NCBI GenBank assembly: GCA_965219955.1
Contig: OZ244799.1
Location: 2,432,001 to 2,496,000, forward strand
Direction: 5' to 3'
Length of the DNA stretch: 64,000 bases
From: a bacterium
GTDB lineage: Bacteria; UBA8248
This document shows, piece after piece, positions 18,658 to 29,162 of the stretch. Under the pieces are notes generated by a model. It was not told where the DNA came from and searched no databases. It worked only from the letters and a program-made list of their open reading frames with translations. Both the position numbers and the translations under genes were made by a program. Position 1 is the stretch's first letter, and each line of letters begins with the position of its first letter.

Positions 18658-19194
18658 TCACTTTGTGACAGCACCTGTTTTACCAGCATCTCCGCCTTGG
18701 CCGTCTCCTTTTCCCTGTTCTGCTATTGGAGGAAACCCTTTTGATTTCAGGCACGTTTTAACGACTTCTTTTGTAGTGCGCAATTTCAGCGGATCTGCAA
18801 ATGTCGTTTGATTAAGAGTTGCTGTCGTCAGCTTTGATGCCAAATCCCCCCAAAGAAATTCTCCGGATAGAATCGAAATAATATCCGCCAGCATTACCGC
18901 GAACGATGTGTGCGCCTTTACCAAACATTCAGCATGGGCCTTCTCACTTCCCTGCTTAGCCTCCTTTTGAACTTCGCTATCAGGAATTGACTCACTTTTC
19001 GCTAGAGCGTGGAATTGTTTTGGGGTAATTCGCCCTTCAGATAATATCTTAGCTTGCTCAGCAACTACTATACCCCGTTTTTTGGAAGCCTGTTTAATTT
19101 CCGTTTTTTTCTGCTTCAGCGAGAACTGATCTACTTTCGGAACGCAACCTGACGCCATAAGGACGATACAAATCAAAAACAGCAATCTTTTCAT
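18658..19194 (-). CDS. putative lipoprotein, low GC
   Basis: MKRLLFLICIVLMASG-C lipobox; AAGGAG RBS. Confidence 0.75.
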   Translation of the reverse strand: MKRLLFLICIVLMASGCVPKVDQFSLKQKKTEIKQASKKRGIVVAEQAKILSEGRITPKQFHALAKSESIPDSEVQKEAKQGSEKAHAECLVKAHTSFAVMLADIISILSGEFLWGDLASKLTTATLNQTTFADPLKLRTTKEVVKTCLKSKGFPPIAEQGKGDGQGGDAGKTGAVTK

Positions 19195-19391
19195 TATCTT
19201 CTCCTTTTTAGAGTCTTTTTTCCGGGTGACCCTTTATTTCTAATGAATTGTCAGATTTTCCGCCGGACGAAATCACAAATCTCCGATCACGTTTTTTTAC
19301 CTGTTTACGGTGAATCTTCACTCAGTTTCAGAGAAGCCCATCGCCAGCAACTGGCGATATTAATCATAAAATATTGAATATAATTCATATT

Positions 19392-19419
19392 ACTTTACAT
19401 TGAATTATTATAATGTCAA
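19392..19419 (-). promoter_or_regulatory. putative sigma70 promoter for the lipoprotein gene
   Basis: TTGACA-16 nt-TAAAGT in an AT-rich stretch. Confidence 0.45.
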
Positions 19420-19711
19420 ACAGAAGCTAGTTTTGAAATTCCAAAATCCCCACATACTCATCACTTCACACTCCGCGCACCCTCCCTTCCACAAATATTG
19501 CGGCGCGGTGTTTCAACATTCAAACTGGAGGGAATAACACTGCAAGACAGGTTTTTCGGAGAAAGAAAAACAGCGATTCACGGGAACCGGCCCACCCGCA
19601 AACGGGCGCATCGCACCGCCGGCCATCGATATGCCAGAAAATTGTTCTAAGGGTTTTGGGGGAGGTTACGGATCAGAAGAGGTGAAACCCCTTATCGTCT
19701 ATGCTCAAGAT

Positions 19712-20005
19712 TCACCCCCCGTTGTTCCGCGCGCCGCGTCTGCGTCCATCGCTACTGCGTCCGCTGCGCCAGCGGGTGACGTGAATGACCAGAACGACGA
19801 GGGCGTCTTCCTGCACTTCATAAATCACACGGAATTCGCCGACGATGAGCCGCCTGAGTCCCCGCTCCTCTCCCTTGAGCGCGCGACCCAGTAGCGGTTG
19901 CTCCGCCAGTCGGTCGATGGCCTCGACAATTCGCGTGCGATCCGCCTGTTCGAGGCGTTCCAACTCCCTGGCAGCGCTTTGTTTAATTTGTATCGAGAAA
20001 TTCAC
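19712..20005 (-). CDS. RelE/ParE-family toxin
   Basis: AARELERL, IVEAIDRLAEQP, LRRLIVGEFRVIY. Confidence 0.85.
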   Translation of the reverse strand: MNFSIQIKQSAARELERLEQADRTRIVEAIDRLAEQPLLGRALKGEERGLRRLIVGEFRVIYEVQEDALVVLVIHVTRWRSGRSSDGRRRGARNNGG

Positions 20006-20204
20006 GCCTTACCTGATCCCAGTCGAGCACCGGATCGTTCGGATCGCGCAGCCGCTCCACGGCTACCGAAAGATCGTCGAATTCTTCCAGATAACGCTCG
20101 ATCGCCTGACGGATGATTTCTGCCCGGCTCCGTTTGAGCCGGTTCGCCGCCTCATCCAGCGCATCGACCACCTCATTGGGCAAACGTGCCGTAATTTGAG
20201 TCAT
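19983..20204 (-). CDS. ribbon-helix-helix (CopG-like) antitoxin
   Basis: QITARLP...SRAEIIRQAIERYL; overlaps the toxin start. Confidence 0.88.
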   Translation of the reverse strand: MTQITARLPNEVVDALDEAANRLKRSRAEIIRQAIERYLEEFDDLSVAVERLRDPNDPVLDWDQVRREFLDTN

Positions 20205-20219
20205 AATACCTCCACCTCA

Positions 20220-20262
20220 ATGTGATGTCAAAGACATTACATCCTGGCGGCTTTCGAGTCAA
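20220..20262 (-). promoter_or_regulatory. TA promoter with autoregulatory operator
   Basis: TTGACT-17 nt-TAATGT; inverted repeat TGTGATGTC-AAA-GACATTACA (20221-20241) covers the -10. Confidence 0.65.
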
Positions 20263-20304
20263 CAATAAAATATGATCACGCTATCATCCTACCAGCCCAC
20301 CACT

Positions 20305-21771
20305 TCAATATCCATCATCCCCGTAATCGCCAGGCGTGGGGGTGGCGCCTGTCTGGGCGTTTTCGATGACGTGGTCGCGTCCGCCGAGGCGCTCGATGAG
20401 CGCCGCCTGATCGCGCTTGGCGCGCGCATCCACCTCTTCGGGGTCGAGAATATCGCGCAGGTCGCTTTCGAGTTCACGGATTGCCGCCTCACTCCCCGGC
20501 TTTCCGGCGAGGTCGTCCTGCTCCTCGGGATCCGCTTCCAGATCGTAGAGCTCGGGCGGATAGTCCACGTAGTGGATGTATTTCTTCCTGCCCTTGCGGA
20601 TGAGGTAGGCCGCCGTCTCCGCACCCGAGGCGTGGTATTCGCTGAAGACGACCCGTTCCGCGTCATAGGGCGCGCGGGCGATCCCGTAGAGCGAGCGGCC
20701 CTCGCGGCTCTTGTCCTCATCATCGGGCGCAACGCCCACCGATTCGAGGATGGTGGGATAGAAATCGAGCAGCGATACGGGCGTATCCACCACCGCGCCC
20801 GCCTCTATACCCGGCCCGGCCATCATGAGCGGCACGGCGGCCGATTCCTCGTACATCGTGCCCTTGCCCCAGGTGCCCCGCGCGCCCAGGTTCTCGCCGT
20901 GATCGCTCGCGAAGACGACGCGGGTGGAATCCGAGAGGCCCGCGCGCGCAAGGCTCTCCAGCACGCGCCCCACCAGATCGTCCAGGAACGTGCAGAGTCC
21001 GAAGTAAGAGGCGATGGCGACGCGCCTTCGCTCATCGTCGAAAAAGCTGTCGGACGGCACGTATCTGCGGTACGCCTCTATCCACGGATGCGGCGGGCGG
21101 CCGTCGAGCGCGTGGGCTTTGGGCATGGGCACGGCGTCTGTCGGGTACATGTCGAAATACTTCTTCGGCGCCATCAGGGGGAAATGGGGCGATACGAAGG
21201 AGACGAAGGTCATCCAGGGTTTTTCGGGGCCGCCATGTTTTTCCGCCTCGTTCTCGAGCCACGCGCAGGCGTTCTCGGCGATGTCCAGGTCGTAGTTCGT
21301 ATAGCTCGTCTCGCCCGGGCCTATCTCGCGCGCGAGCTTGTCCGCCTTCTGGACGATCAATTCATCGCGGATGGAGCCCAGCACGCTGCCCACGCCGCCG
21401 TCGCGCGCGTGCATGGGCACGAGCTGCTCATCGAATCCGGTGGGGTCCGTTGTGTTCCTGTAGTGGAGCTTGCCGATGGAGGTGACGCGGTGTCCCTCGG
21501 CCTGCAGACGATGCCCCCAGCCCGCCGGTTCGCCCGTATAGGGGCTCGCGTTGTCCCAACAGCCGATCTCGTGCACGTAGCGGCCCGTGGCGAAGCTCGC
21601 CCGCGCGGCGGTGCAGATGGGCGAATTCGTATAGGCGCCCGTAAAGCGGACACCCGAGGCCGCCAGGCGGTCGATGTTCGGCGTCTTCACCACCTGGTGG
21701 CCATAGCAGCCGAGCGTCTTGACGCTCAACTCATCCGCCATGATGACGAGCAGGTTCATCGGTTTCATCAT
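20305..21771 (-). CDS. sulfatase family protein (choline-sulfatase-like)
   Basis: ADEL, CTAARASFATGR, GKLH, PHFP, SDHGE, GKGTMYEES, ELYDLEADP. Confidence 0.92.
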   Translation of the reverse strand: MMKPMNLLVIMADELSVKTLGCYGHQVVKTPNIDRLAASGVRFTGAYTNSPICTAARASFATGRYVHEIGCWDNASPYTGEPAGWGHRLQAEGHRVTSIGKLHYRNTTDPTGFDEQLVPMHARDGGVGSVLGSIRDELIVQKADKLAREIGPGETSYTNYDLDIAENACAWLENEAEKHGGPEKPWMTFVSFVSPHFPLMAPKKYFDMYPTDAVPMPKAHALDGRPPHPWIEAYRRYVPSDSFFDDERRRVAIASYFGLCTFLDDLVGRVLESLARAGLSDSTRVVFASDHGENLGARGTWGKGTMYEESAAVPLMMAGPGIEAGAVVDTPVSLLDFYPTILESVGVAPDDEDKSREGRSLYGIARAPYDAERVVFSEYHASGAETAAYLIRKGRKKYIHYVDYPPELYDLEADPEEQDDLAGKPGSEAAIRELESDLRDILDPEEVDARAKRDQAALIERLGGRDHVIENAQTGATPTPGDYGDDGY

Positions 21772-21822
21772 AAAATCTCTCTCATCCTCTGGTGAATCAG
21801 TCAGGTTTACGCGGCGTCCGCC

Positions 21823-22728
21823 TCACATGTGCGGCCACACCGGGTCCGTCCGGTTGCTCAAGGGCCCCGAGGGGTGTTCGTCGAGATAATCAAAAATGTT
21901 GCCGAGGCCGCCCTTTCTGAGCATGGTGAGGCGCTCGCCCAGGTGATCCATGCTGCTGAGTTCGGTCTCATACACCTCGAACACCTTGTCCTGCACCTCC
22001 TCGCGGCTGAGGCCATCGTTCTTGAGGACCCTCACCTTATCTATAAGCTCATGGAGCTTCTCGCGCTGGCGGGGAATCTCGTCCTTTTGACAAGGCCTGC
22101 CGTGCCCGGGCACGTACCAGTCCACGTCCAGGGCTTCGAGCACGCCCAGCGACTGGAACCAGCCCCACACGTCGGCGGAATGACACGCCACGTTGAAGGC
22201 GGGCGTGAGGTTGTCCGCCGTGAAGGCGACGCGGTCCTCCACGGCGTGGACGACCGTCTGCCCGCGCGTGTGGCCGGGGGATTCGATGAGGATGAACGTC
22301 TTGCCGCCCAGGCGAATCGTCATCCGCCCCTTGTAGGTGATCTCCGGCGGCCTGAGTTCGAAGCCCTCGAGCAGCGCCTCGTTCTCGGGGTCGTACTTGA
22401 GCATGCGCTCCTTGCCCTCCTCCGGGGTGGCGATGGAGGTGTAGAAATCCGCATACGTGATCTCGCTCGAAACGATCCGCTCGGGCTCGAGGAACCAGTT
22501 CGCCGCGATGTGATCCTGGTGGTGCTCGGTGTTGACGAGATAGCGAAGCGGGCCCCTTTCACGGATGAAATCGCGCCATGCGATGGCTTCGGAGGGCCGC
22601 ATGGGGCCGTCTATCGCGATGACGCCGTCATCCGTCACCACCATGCCCACCGTGGGATAGCAATCATAAAAAAAGACGTTCTCGCTTACCTGCTCCAATA
22701 GCTCATCCTCCAGAATCACATTCGACAA
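21823..22728 (-). CDS. MBL-fold metallo-hydrolase (start approximate)
   Basis: TEHHQDH, PGHT, FTAD, PGHG. Confidence 0.85.
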   Translation of the reverse strand: MSNVILEDELLEQVSENVFFYDCYPTVGMVVTDDGVIAIDGPMRPSEAIAWRDFIRERGPLRYLVNTEHHQDHIAANWFLEPERIVSSEITYADFYTSIATPEEGKERMLKYDPENEALLEGFELRPPEITYKGRMTIRLGGKTFILIESPGHTRGQTVVHAVEDRVAFTADNLTPAFNVACHSADVWGWFQSLGVLEALDVDWYVPGHGRPCQKDEIPRQREKLHELIDKVRVLKNDGLSREEVQDKVFEVYETELSSMDHLGERLTMLRKGGLGNIFDYLDEHPSGPLSNRTDPVWPHM

Positions 22729-22739
22729 GATATTCCCGC

Positions 22740-23624
22740 TTAATCGCTCAAGCCCGCCTCGCGCTCGAACCACTCGCGAATGACGCCCTGATCCAGATCG
22801 CCAAGCCCCATCTCCATCGCTCCCTGATACGCCTTCCCGACCGCGTCGATCACCGGTGCGGGAGCGCCGTTCGTGCGGGCGAACTCGCGGATCAGCCCCA
22901 GATCCTTGTGCATGAGGGCGAGCGCGAACTTGACGGGTTCGTATTCCTTTTTCCTCAGGCCCCGGCCGCGCGTGTTCATCACGCGAAAGACGGTGCTCGA
23001 ATAGAGGTATTCCATCATCTGGTCCGGGTCCAGGCCCGACTTCAACCCAAGGGTGAAGCCCTCCGCCAGGGCGCACAGCTGGGCCGAGACAAGATGGTTC
23101 GTGATGAGCTTCATCCGCAAGCCCGACCCGTTGGGGCCGAAATAATCGAGCAACTCACACGCGCAATCGAGCACCGCGCGGTGCGCGTCCAGAACCTCCT
23201 TATCGCCCCCCACCATGAAGCCGATTTTCGCATCGCGCGCGATGACGGCGTTCCCGCTGATGGGGGCGTCCAGAAAATGGAACCCGCGGGCTGAGGCCTC
23301 TTCGGCGACGGCGATGCTCTCCTCGGGCAGGATGGTGGAGAAATCGAAACACACCGCGCCTTCCTTCGCGGTGAGCAGCGCGCCCTTCTCGCCCAGATAG
23401 GCGTCGCGCACGTGCTCTCCTTTCGGGACCGAACTGCACACGTAGTCCGCACCTCGCGCCGCCTCGGCGGGAGAATCGAAAACGGGGATGCCGGCCTCTC
23501 GCGCCGCACCCTGCGCCGCCGGGCTCGGGTCGTAGCCCACGACCTCGAAGCCCGCTCTTTTCATATTGGCGGCAACGGCCCCGCCCATGTTGCCCAGTCC
23601 CAGGAACGCTATTTTTTTCGCCAA
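22740..23624 (-). CDS. NAD(P)-dependent beta-hydroxyacid dehydrogenase (3-hydroxyisobutyrate dehydrogenase family)
   Basis: FLGLGNMG, DAPISG, FMVGG, KLITN, KDL. Confidence 0.92.
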   Translation of the reverse strand: MAKKIAFLGLGNMGGAVAANMKRAGFEVVGYDPSPAAQGAAREAGIPVFDSPAEAARGADYVCSSVPKGEHVRDAYLGEKGALLTAKEGAVCFDFSTILPEESIAVAEEASARGFHFLDAPISGNAVIARDAKIGFMVGGDKEVLDAHRAVLDCACELLDYFGPNGSGLRMKLITNHLVSAQLCALAEGFTLGLKSGLDPDQMMEYLYSSTVFRVMNTRGRGLRKKEYEPVKFALALMHKDLGLIREFARTNGAPAPVIDAVGKAYQGAMEMGLGDLDQGVIREWFEREAGLSD

Positions 23625-23640
23625 GCTACCTCCTCCTTCA

Positions 23641-23870
23641 GGGGCTGCCTAAAAAGTTCCGTATGCGTCCCCTGGAAACCGCCAACCCCTCTTTCCTCAC
23701 CCTGAGTAGCCGCCGAAGGCGGCGTATCGAAGGGCGAGGGGCTCGCGCCGGGACGAGAGGGCATCCTTCGATACGCGGCTCCGCCGCTACTCAGGATGAG
23801 GCGGTGCGGTTTTGCTCGTCATTCCAGCAGTGGTCAGTTCCGACCGAGGCTGGCTTTTTCAACAATCCCC
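23641..23870. repeat. MITE-like unit enclosing a CCTCAxCCTGAG hairpin
   Basis: GGGGCTGCCTAAAAAG ... CTTTTTCAACAATCCC; interior closely matches about 13350-13503. Confidence 0.8.
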
Positions 23871-24955
23871 TAAGCGCCGTATTTTCGTATCGCCTCTTGC
23901 GTGAATTCCACCCCGTGCCCGGGGACGTCCGGAACCTCCATGCAGCCGCTCACAACGGCGAATTCCCGCGTGAGCGTCTCGGGAGGCAGCATCTCCACGT
24001 ATTCCACCATGTAGCCGCTCGGCGTCGCGGCGAGGAGGCTTAGCGATACCTCCTGGAGCAGATGCGCGCACAGCGAGAGATTGCAGGCTTCGGCCAGGTG
24101 GGCGATTTTACGAAACTCCGTCACGCCGCCGCAGCGGCCCACGTCGGGCTGGAGATACGCCGCCGCCCTCCTCTCGCAGATTTCGCGAAAGCCCCAGCGC
24201 ATATATGCGTTTTCGCCCGCGGCGACGGGCACGGGACTCCTCTCGGCCACGTCCGCCAGATCGTCCACCGAATCGGCGAGCACGGGCTCCTCGAACCAGC
24301 GCACGTCGTATTCGGCGAGCATCGCGGCCACCTCGAGCGCCTCGCGGGGGTTGTACTTCTGGTTGGCGTCCGCGAACAGGACGACCGAATCGCCCGCCTC
24401 ACTTCTCAAAAGACGGATTCGCTCCTCATCCCGGTTCGTGCCCAGCTTGAGCTTGTATGCGCCGATTCCCTTCTCCATGAAGCCCGTGCACTCATCCACC
24501 ATCTCCTCATCCGTGAACGTGAGCCAGCCCCCGCTGCCGTACACGGGAACATTATTCCTGAAGCCGCCCAGAATGCGGGAGAGAGGCATATCCGCCGCCC
24601 TGGCGAGGGCGTCCCAGCAGGCGGTGTCTATCGCCGAGAGCGCCTGCACGCCCAGCCCGCCGCGCATCCTCGGCTTGTTCGGCCCCCACAGACGCGCCCA
24701 GAGCGCCTCGGGCGCCAGGGCATCCTGCCCAACCGCCAGGGGCGCCAGTTCCTTTTCGATGTAGGGAACGAGCGTCGTCGAGGTCTCCCCGCCCAGGCCC
24801 ATCACGAAGCCGCAGCCTGTCGGGCCGCTCTCGGTGTGGAGGAAGACCACCAGATAATCGAGTTCCGACTTCGTGCTGTTCGCGCTCCCTATCGCCCGGG
24901 CCAGGGGCACCTTGAGCGATTTCGCCTCTACGCCTGATATCCTGAGTTCAGCCAC
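23870..24955 (-). CDS. mandelate racemase / enolase superfamily enzyme
   Basis: KLKLG, DAN, WFEEP, AAGEN, QPDV, CAH. Confidence 0.92.
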   Translation of the reverse strand: MAELRISGVEAKSLKVPLARAIGSANSTKSELDYLVVFLHTESGPTGCGFVMGLGGETSTTLVPYIEKELAPLAVGQDALAPEALWARLWGPNKPRMRGGLGVQALSAIDTACWDALARAADMPLSRILGGFRNNVPVYGSGGWLTFTDEEMVDECTGFMEKGIGAYKLKLGTNRDEERIRLLRSEAGDSVVLFADANQKYNPREALEVAAMLAEYDVRWFEEPVLADSVDDLADVAERSPVPVAAGENAYMRWGFREICERRAAAYLQPDVGRCGGVTEFRKIAHLAEACNLSLCAHLLQEVSLSLLAATPSGYMVEYVEMLPPETLTREFAVVSGCMEVPDVPGHGVEFTQEAIRKYGA

Positions 24956-25056
24956 CCGTCACACTCCGAAAAATCCCGCGCTTCGATACGGCAAAACAAA
25001 GGCTGCGGAGGCCCGATACACGCCCCCGCAGCCTTTAGGCAACGAACCGGAAAAAC

Positions 25057-26067
25057 CTAGTTCATCTTCATGCTGGCCAGCGCCTTCTCGAGCGGGCCTC
25101 TCTCGATGCCCTCGCCACCGGCGAAATCGGGCAGGCGGCGAATCTTGCCCCGGCCCTTCTGCACCTTGGCGGTCGCGTTCAGCGCGTTGATGATGCGCGG
25201 CGTGATCTTATAGAGCGGCCGCACCACGTTGATGGAGCGCCTGGCGATGGAGTAGTCCACCTTGCGGCCCTTCGAGATCAGCCACTTGTGATAGACCTTG
25301 GCGAACTTGTCGGGGTCTTTCTTCCAGAGGTTCGCGGACTTGAGATAGGCGCGCAGGTACTTCACCACGCCGCCGGGGTTGCTCTTGAGCGTCCTGGGGT
25401 TCGCGAGTTCGATGAAGATCATCGCCGGCGGATTGTCGTACTTGCAGTAATCCACGATGGGCCGGCCCCACTTCTTGTCCTCGAGACGGAACGAGGTGGG
25501 CGCGCCGATGACCATCGCGGAAACCACCTTGGCCCGGAAAGCCGAGAGGCGCTCCGCCGTGGTCGTGTTCATGATCTTGACGTCTTTGGGCTTCATGCCG
25601 AAGGCCGGCAGAATGCCGTTGTCAAAGACGAAGTGGGTGGACGTACCCTTCTTCTCGGCGATGGTCTTGCCCTTCAGGTCGGCCACCGTCTTGATGGGAG
25701 AGTCGGGCGGCACCCAGATCGAGATGGACTTGCACCAGGAAGAACTGGCGGAGACCATCACCAGGCCCGCCTTTTTCGCCACGCCGTCCACATAGGGCCG
25801 CGTCGCGCCGTGGCCCACGTCGAGACTGCGCGAGAGCAGCGCCTCGATGACGAGCTTGCCCTGCGGGAAAACCTTCACGCTCCAATTGCCTTTTCCGAAC
25901 TCCTCATCGAAATAGCCCATCCCCATGGCGACCGCCGTGAAGGAGCCGAACGTCTGGCGGTGCATGCCGATGCGGAACTTGGCCGCCTCGGCGTCGGTCG
26001 CCTGGAAGCCGACGGGCACGAGGCTCAACGCGAGGATCAGACTGAAAAACCCGAACCACTTTCTCAT
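25057..26067 (-). CDS. ABC transporter substrate-binding protein, SsuA/TauA-like
   Basis: signal peptide, SPIKTVADLKGKTIA, GTSTH; GAGAGGAG RBS. Confidence 0.85.
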   Translation of the reverse strand: MRKWFGFFSLILALSLVPVGFQATDAEAAKFRIGMHRQTFGSFTAVAMGMGYFDEEFGKGNWSVKVFPQGKLVIEALLSRSLDVGHGATRPYVDGVAKKAGLVMVSASSSWCKSISIWVPPDSPIKTVADLKGKTIAEKKGTSTHFVFDNGILPAFGMKPKDVKIMNTTTAERLSAFRAKVVSAMVIGAPTSFRLEDKKWGRPIVDYCKYDNPPAMIFIELANPRTLKSNPGGVVKYLRAYLKSANLWKKDPDKFAKVYHKWLISKGRKVDYSIARRSINVVRPLYKITPRIINALNATAKVQKGRGKIRRLPDFAGGEGIERGPLEKALASMKMN

Positions 26068-26196
26068 CTTGTTTCTCCTCTCGGAAAATGAAAATGGACT
26101 GTTTACCTCATGAAAGAGTAAACGCTTTTCTTGAACTGGATGCGCAGAGTATGCCACAAGCGCGATTTCGTTGCATCCGGCAAACGCGCCCTGCAC

Positions 26197-27290
26197 GGGG
26201 TTGTTGAAAGAGTCCGCACAGGCCCGGAATTGTCCACCGCCGGAATGACGAACCAGGGCGAGAACCGCAAGTTTCCGTAGGGGTCGTTCGCGAACGACCC
26301 CTACAATCGGATTGGCGAATACCGGAATCAGGCGGCCACAGGGGGTCAGGGCGGTCATTGGAGACCGCCCTGCTACGGCGGTCCTCCTTTCATACCGCGC
26401 AGGCGGCCACAAAACCTCATCCTGAGTAGGCGCGCAAGCGCCGTATCGAAGGATGGGGGCGCATCTCTGCAGCGGGCGCGAATTTCACCCTTCGACAGGC
26501 TCAGGACAGGCCCCTTCGATACGCCGCCTTCGGCGGCTACTCAGGATGAAGAAGGTGGGGGCGGAGCTTGTCCCGAGCGAAGTCGAGGGAGCCTGTCCTG
26601 AGCCTGTCGAAGGGCCGCTACTCAGGGTGAGGGTGATAGGGTGGCTCTATACAATACGAGAGTTTGACCCAACCGATGAAAGAGCAAGATTCACTCCCCC
26701 CTTGAGGGGTTGTTGAAAAACCCCGAGGAGAGAGGAATCACTCCCCCCTTGAGGGGCCTGTTGAAAAAGCCTGGTCTGCCCCTCCTCAAACCGCCAACAC
26801 CTCTTTCCTCACCCTGAGTAGCCGCCGAAGGCGGCGTATCGAAGGGCGCGGAGAGTCGAACGCCTCGCGCCGGGTGAGGGCAAACACTCATTCATCAATC
26901 GCATTTGACCTTCGATACGGCGCTTTCGCGCCTACTCAGGATGAGGAGTGTCGGGGAACGGCGGAGCCTGTCCCGAGTGAAGTCGAGGGGCCGCTACTCA
27001 GGATGAGGCGGAAGGGGGTTTTTCAACAGCCCCTTGAGGGGGAGTCGAAGAGGCCGAGCGTTTTTTGCGAAGGCCGATTCGGTGGGGGGGGAAATGCGTT
27101 TTATCGTCACCCGAATTATCCCCCCACCGATTCGCTTGCGGGCTTACGCCCTTAGCTCATCGTCTGGCTTTCCCCTCGGGAAGCCAGACCCTCAAGGGGA
27201 GTGATTCCATTTCTCTACCTAGTCGGCAAAATACCTTAAGAGGGGAGTGAAATTTAGCGCGCTCCTTCGGAGGGCTTTTTCAAAAACCCC
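26197..27290. repeat. 1.1-kb compound repeat cluster (all repeat families, five MITE-like termini)
   Basis: termini at 26197, 26706, 26753, about 27014, about 27271; GTAG palindrome at about 26277-26304; CCTCATCCTGAG units; ACTCCCCCCTTGAGGGG units. Confidence 0.85.
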
Positions 27291-27336
27291 TGCCCCCAGC
27301 GTTCGAACCGTCCACGCCCCGGAGAGAACCCCCGCC

Positions 27337-28152
27337 TCACAGCCGCATCAGATCCTCGCCTGCGACGATTTCGCCGTCGAAATGAGGGGCTATCGCCTCG
27401 CGCACCTTGTCGTTCGGCGCCAATGGGGGAACGACGTGCGAGAAAACGAGTTTGCCGACGCCGGCCTGCGCGGCCGTTCTTCCGACTTCCTCCGCCGTGG
27501 CGTGGTGGGCCGCCACAATCTTCGCCGTGGCCCGGAAACTCCCGTAATTCTCGTTGATGAGTTCCGGCAGGCATGGGTGCATGACCAGCACGTCCGCCCC
27601 CCGCGCGAGAGGAACCAGCTTCTCCGTCGGGCTTCCGTCGCTCGCGATGACGATCTTTCTCCCCTCCGCCTCGAACGCGTAGGAGATGATGTCGTCCACG
27701 TTGCCGTGATGCGTGCCCTTGTCCACGCGGACGGCGATGCCGTCCACCTTGAGCGCATCGCCGGGCTCGAGGACGGACACCTCGATATCGCTTCCCGCCC
27801 TGGGCTTTCCCTCCTCCGCCCTCAAATCGATGTCGTACTCGTAATAGCGAAGCATTCGCTCGACGATCTCCTCGACGGGTGAAGGCCCGTAGACCTTGAG
27901 CGGCGTCGATGCGCCCATGATCCACCGCGAGATGAAGAACTCGCCGAAACCCGTGTAGTGATCGGAGTGAAAATGCGTGAAGAACAGGTGGTCCACCTTG
28001 CTGACGTGAAAGCCCGACTTTATGATCTGGGTCGCAGCATGGCGGGCGGCGTCCACCAGATAGAGCTTACCGCCCTTGACGAGCGCGTTGCACGGGCCGC
28101 TTTTCTGAGGGGTCGGCGGCGGTGCGCCCACGCCCAGGAGTATGAGTTCCAA
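27337..28152 (-). CDS. RNase Z / AtsA-like MBL-fold hydrolase
   Basis: LLGVGAP, THFHSDH, HHATAEE, FSHVVP; GGGGAGG RBS before TTG. Confidence 0.88.
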   Translation of the reverse strand: MELILLGVGAPPPTPQKSGPCNALVKGGKLYLVDAARHAATQIIKSGFHVSKVDHLFFTHFHSDHYTGFGEFFISRWIMGASTPLKVYGPSPVEEIVERMLRYYEYDIDLRAEEGKPRAGSDIEVSVLEPGDALKVDGIAVRVDKGTHHGNVDDIISYAFEAEGRKIVIASDGSPTEKLVPLARGADVLVMHPCLPELINENYGSFRATAKIVAAHHATAEEVGRTAAQAGVGKLVFSHVVPPLAPNDKVREAIAPHFDGEIVAGEDLMRL

Positions 28153-28263
28153 AACGGGTTTCCTCCCCTTCACCAGAGTGTATGAGCATCTTGCCCGAAC
28201 GGATTCCTGGGGGTATTCTTGCGCGAACATCCTCATTCACGTCAACCGGAAAGAGAGACAACC

Positions 28264-29124
28264 ATGAAGCGCCTGTCCGAACACCTGTACGCAGAGACCG
28301 ACTACGACTGGGCGAACGTGGGCGCCGCCGTTACCGATAACGGCGTCGTCCTCCTCGACTGCCCGGTGCGGCCGAGCGATTCGCGCAAATGGCAGGAAGA
28401 GGTCTCGGCTCTAAGCCCGCAGGGCGTGCGCTACCTGATCGCCACCGACTACCACGGCGACCACACCACGGGCTCCTCGTTCATCGAGGGAGACGTGGCG
28501 CTCATCGCCCCCCAATACGTGTATGACGAAATATCGAAGGGCGACAACGCATTTTCGAAGGAAATCTTCGTGAATACGTTGAGAGACCTGGGCTTCACCG
28601 AGGAGGCGGACGAGATCACGAACGCCGCCGTGCCGCTGCCCCAGTTCTGCTTCGAGGACAGCCTCACGCTGCACCTGCCGCCGCTCACGTTCGAGATTCA
28701 CCGCAAGGGCGGCCATTCGCCTGCGTGCACCTCCGTCCTCGTGCCCGAGGAGGGCGTGCTCTTCTCAGGCGACGTCGTCATCAACGGCCCCTCGGCCGGG
28801 ATGCGCGACGCCTTCGTGCAGGAATGGATAGACGCGCTCGCCTGGGTGGAGGGTCTGGACATCGAGACCATCGTCCCCGGCCACGGGGAGATATGCGGGA
28901 AGGAAGTGGCCACAAAACTCAAAAATACCCTGAGCGGGATGATGGAGATTATGGTCGAGGTCGTCGCCGCGGGCAAAGAGAAAGCGGAGGCCGCGGAGGA
29001 CCCGAAATTCCTCGCCTATTTCCACGCCGACGAAACGCGCGGCGAATACTGGCTCCAGCAGAGAAAAGACACCTTCCGCGACGGTCTCGAACGGCTTTAT
29101 GACGAGGTCGTCGCGGAGTCCTAG
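28264..29124 (+). CDS. MBL-fold metallo-hydrolase
   Basis: TDYHGDH, GGHS, FSGD, PGHG. Confidence 0.88.
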   Translation: MKRLSEHLYAETDYDWANVGAAVTDNGVVLLDCPVRPSDSRKWQEEVSALSPQGVRYLIATDYHGDHTTGSSFIEGDVALIAPQYVYDEISKGDNAFSKEIFVNTLRDLGFTEEADEITNAAVPLPQFCFEDSLTLHLPPLTFEIHRKGGHSPACTSVLVPEEGVLFSGDVVINGPSAGMRDAFVQEWIDALAWVEGLDIETIVPGHGEICGKEVATKLKNTLSGMMEIMVEVVAAGKEKAEAAEDPKFLAYFHADETRGEYWLQQRKDTFRDGLERLYDEVVAES

Positions 29125-29162
29125 AGCAGACAAGAGCTTTATCACCGGATAAGGAGATTTGG

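Noticed and set aside
19390-19422. dif/XerCD site
   Set aside because: Only a partial XerD-like arm (TAATGTCAAA) and no XerC arm; better explained as a TTGACA promoter.
19640-19725. Riboswitch or ncRNA in the hairpin downstream of the RelE gene
   Set aside because: An imperfect stem is present but I recognise no aptamer consensus.
26197-27290. Possible CRISPR array in the repeat-dense intergenic regions
   Set aside because: Repeats are hairpin families in mixed orientation without regular repeat-spacer periodicity; no cas genes.
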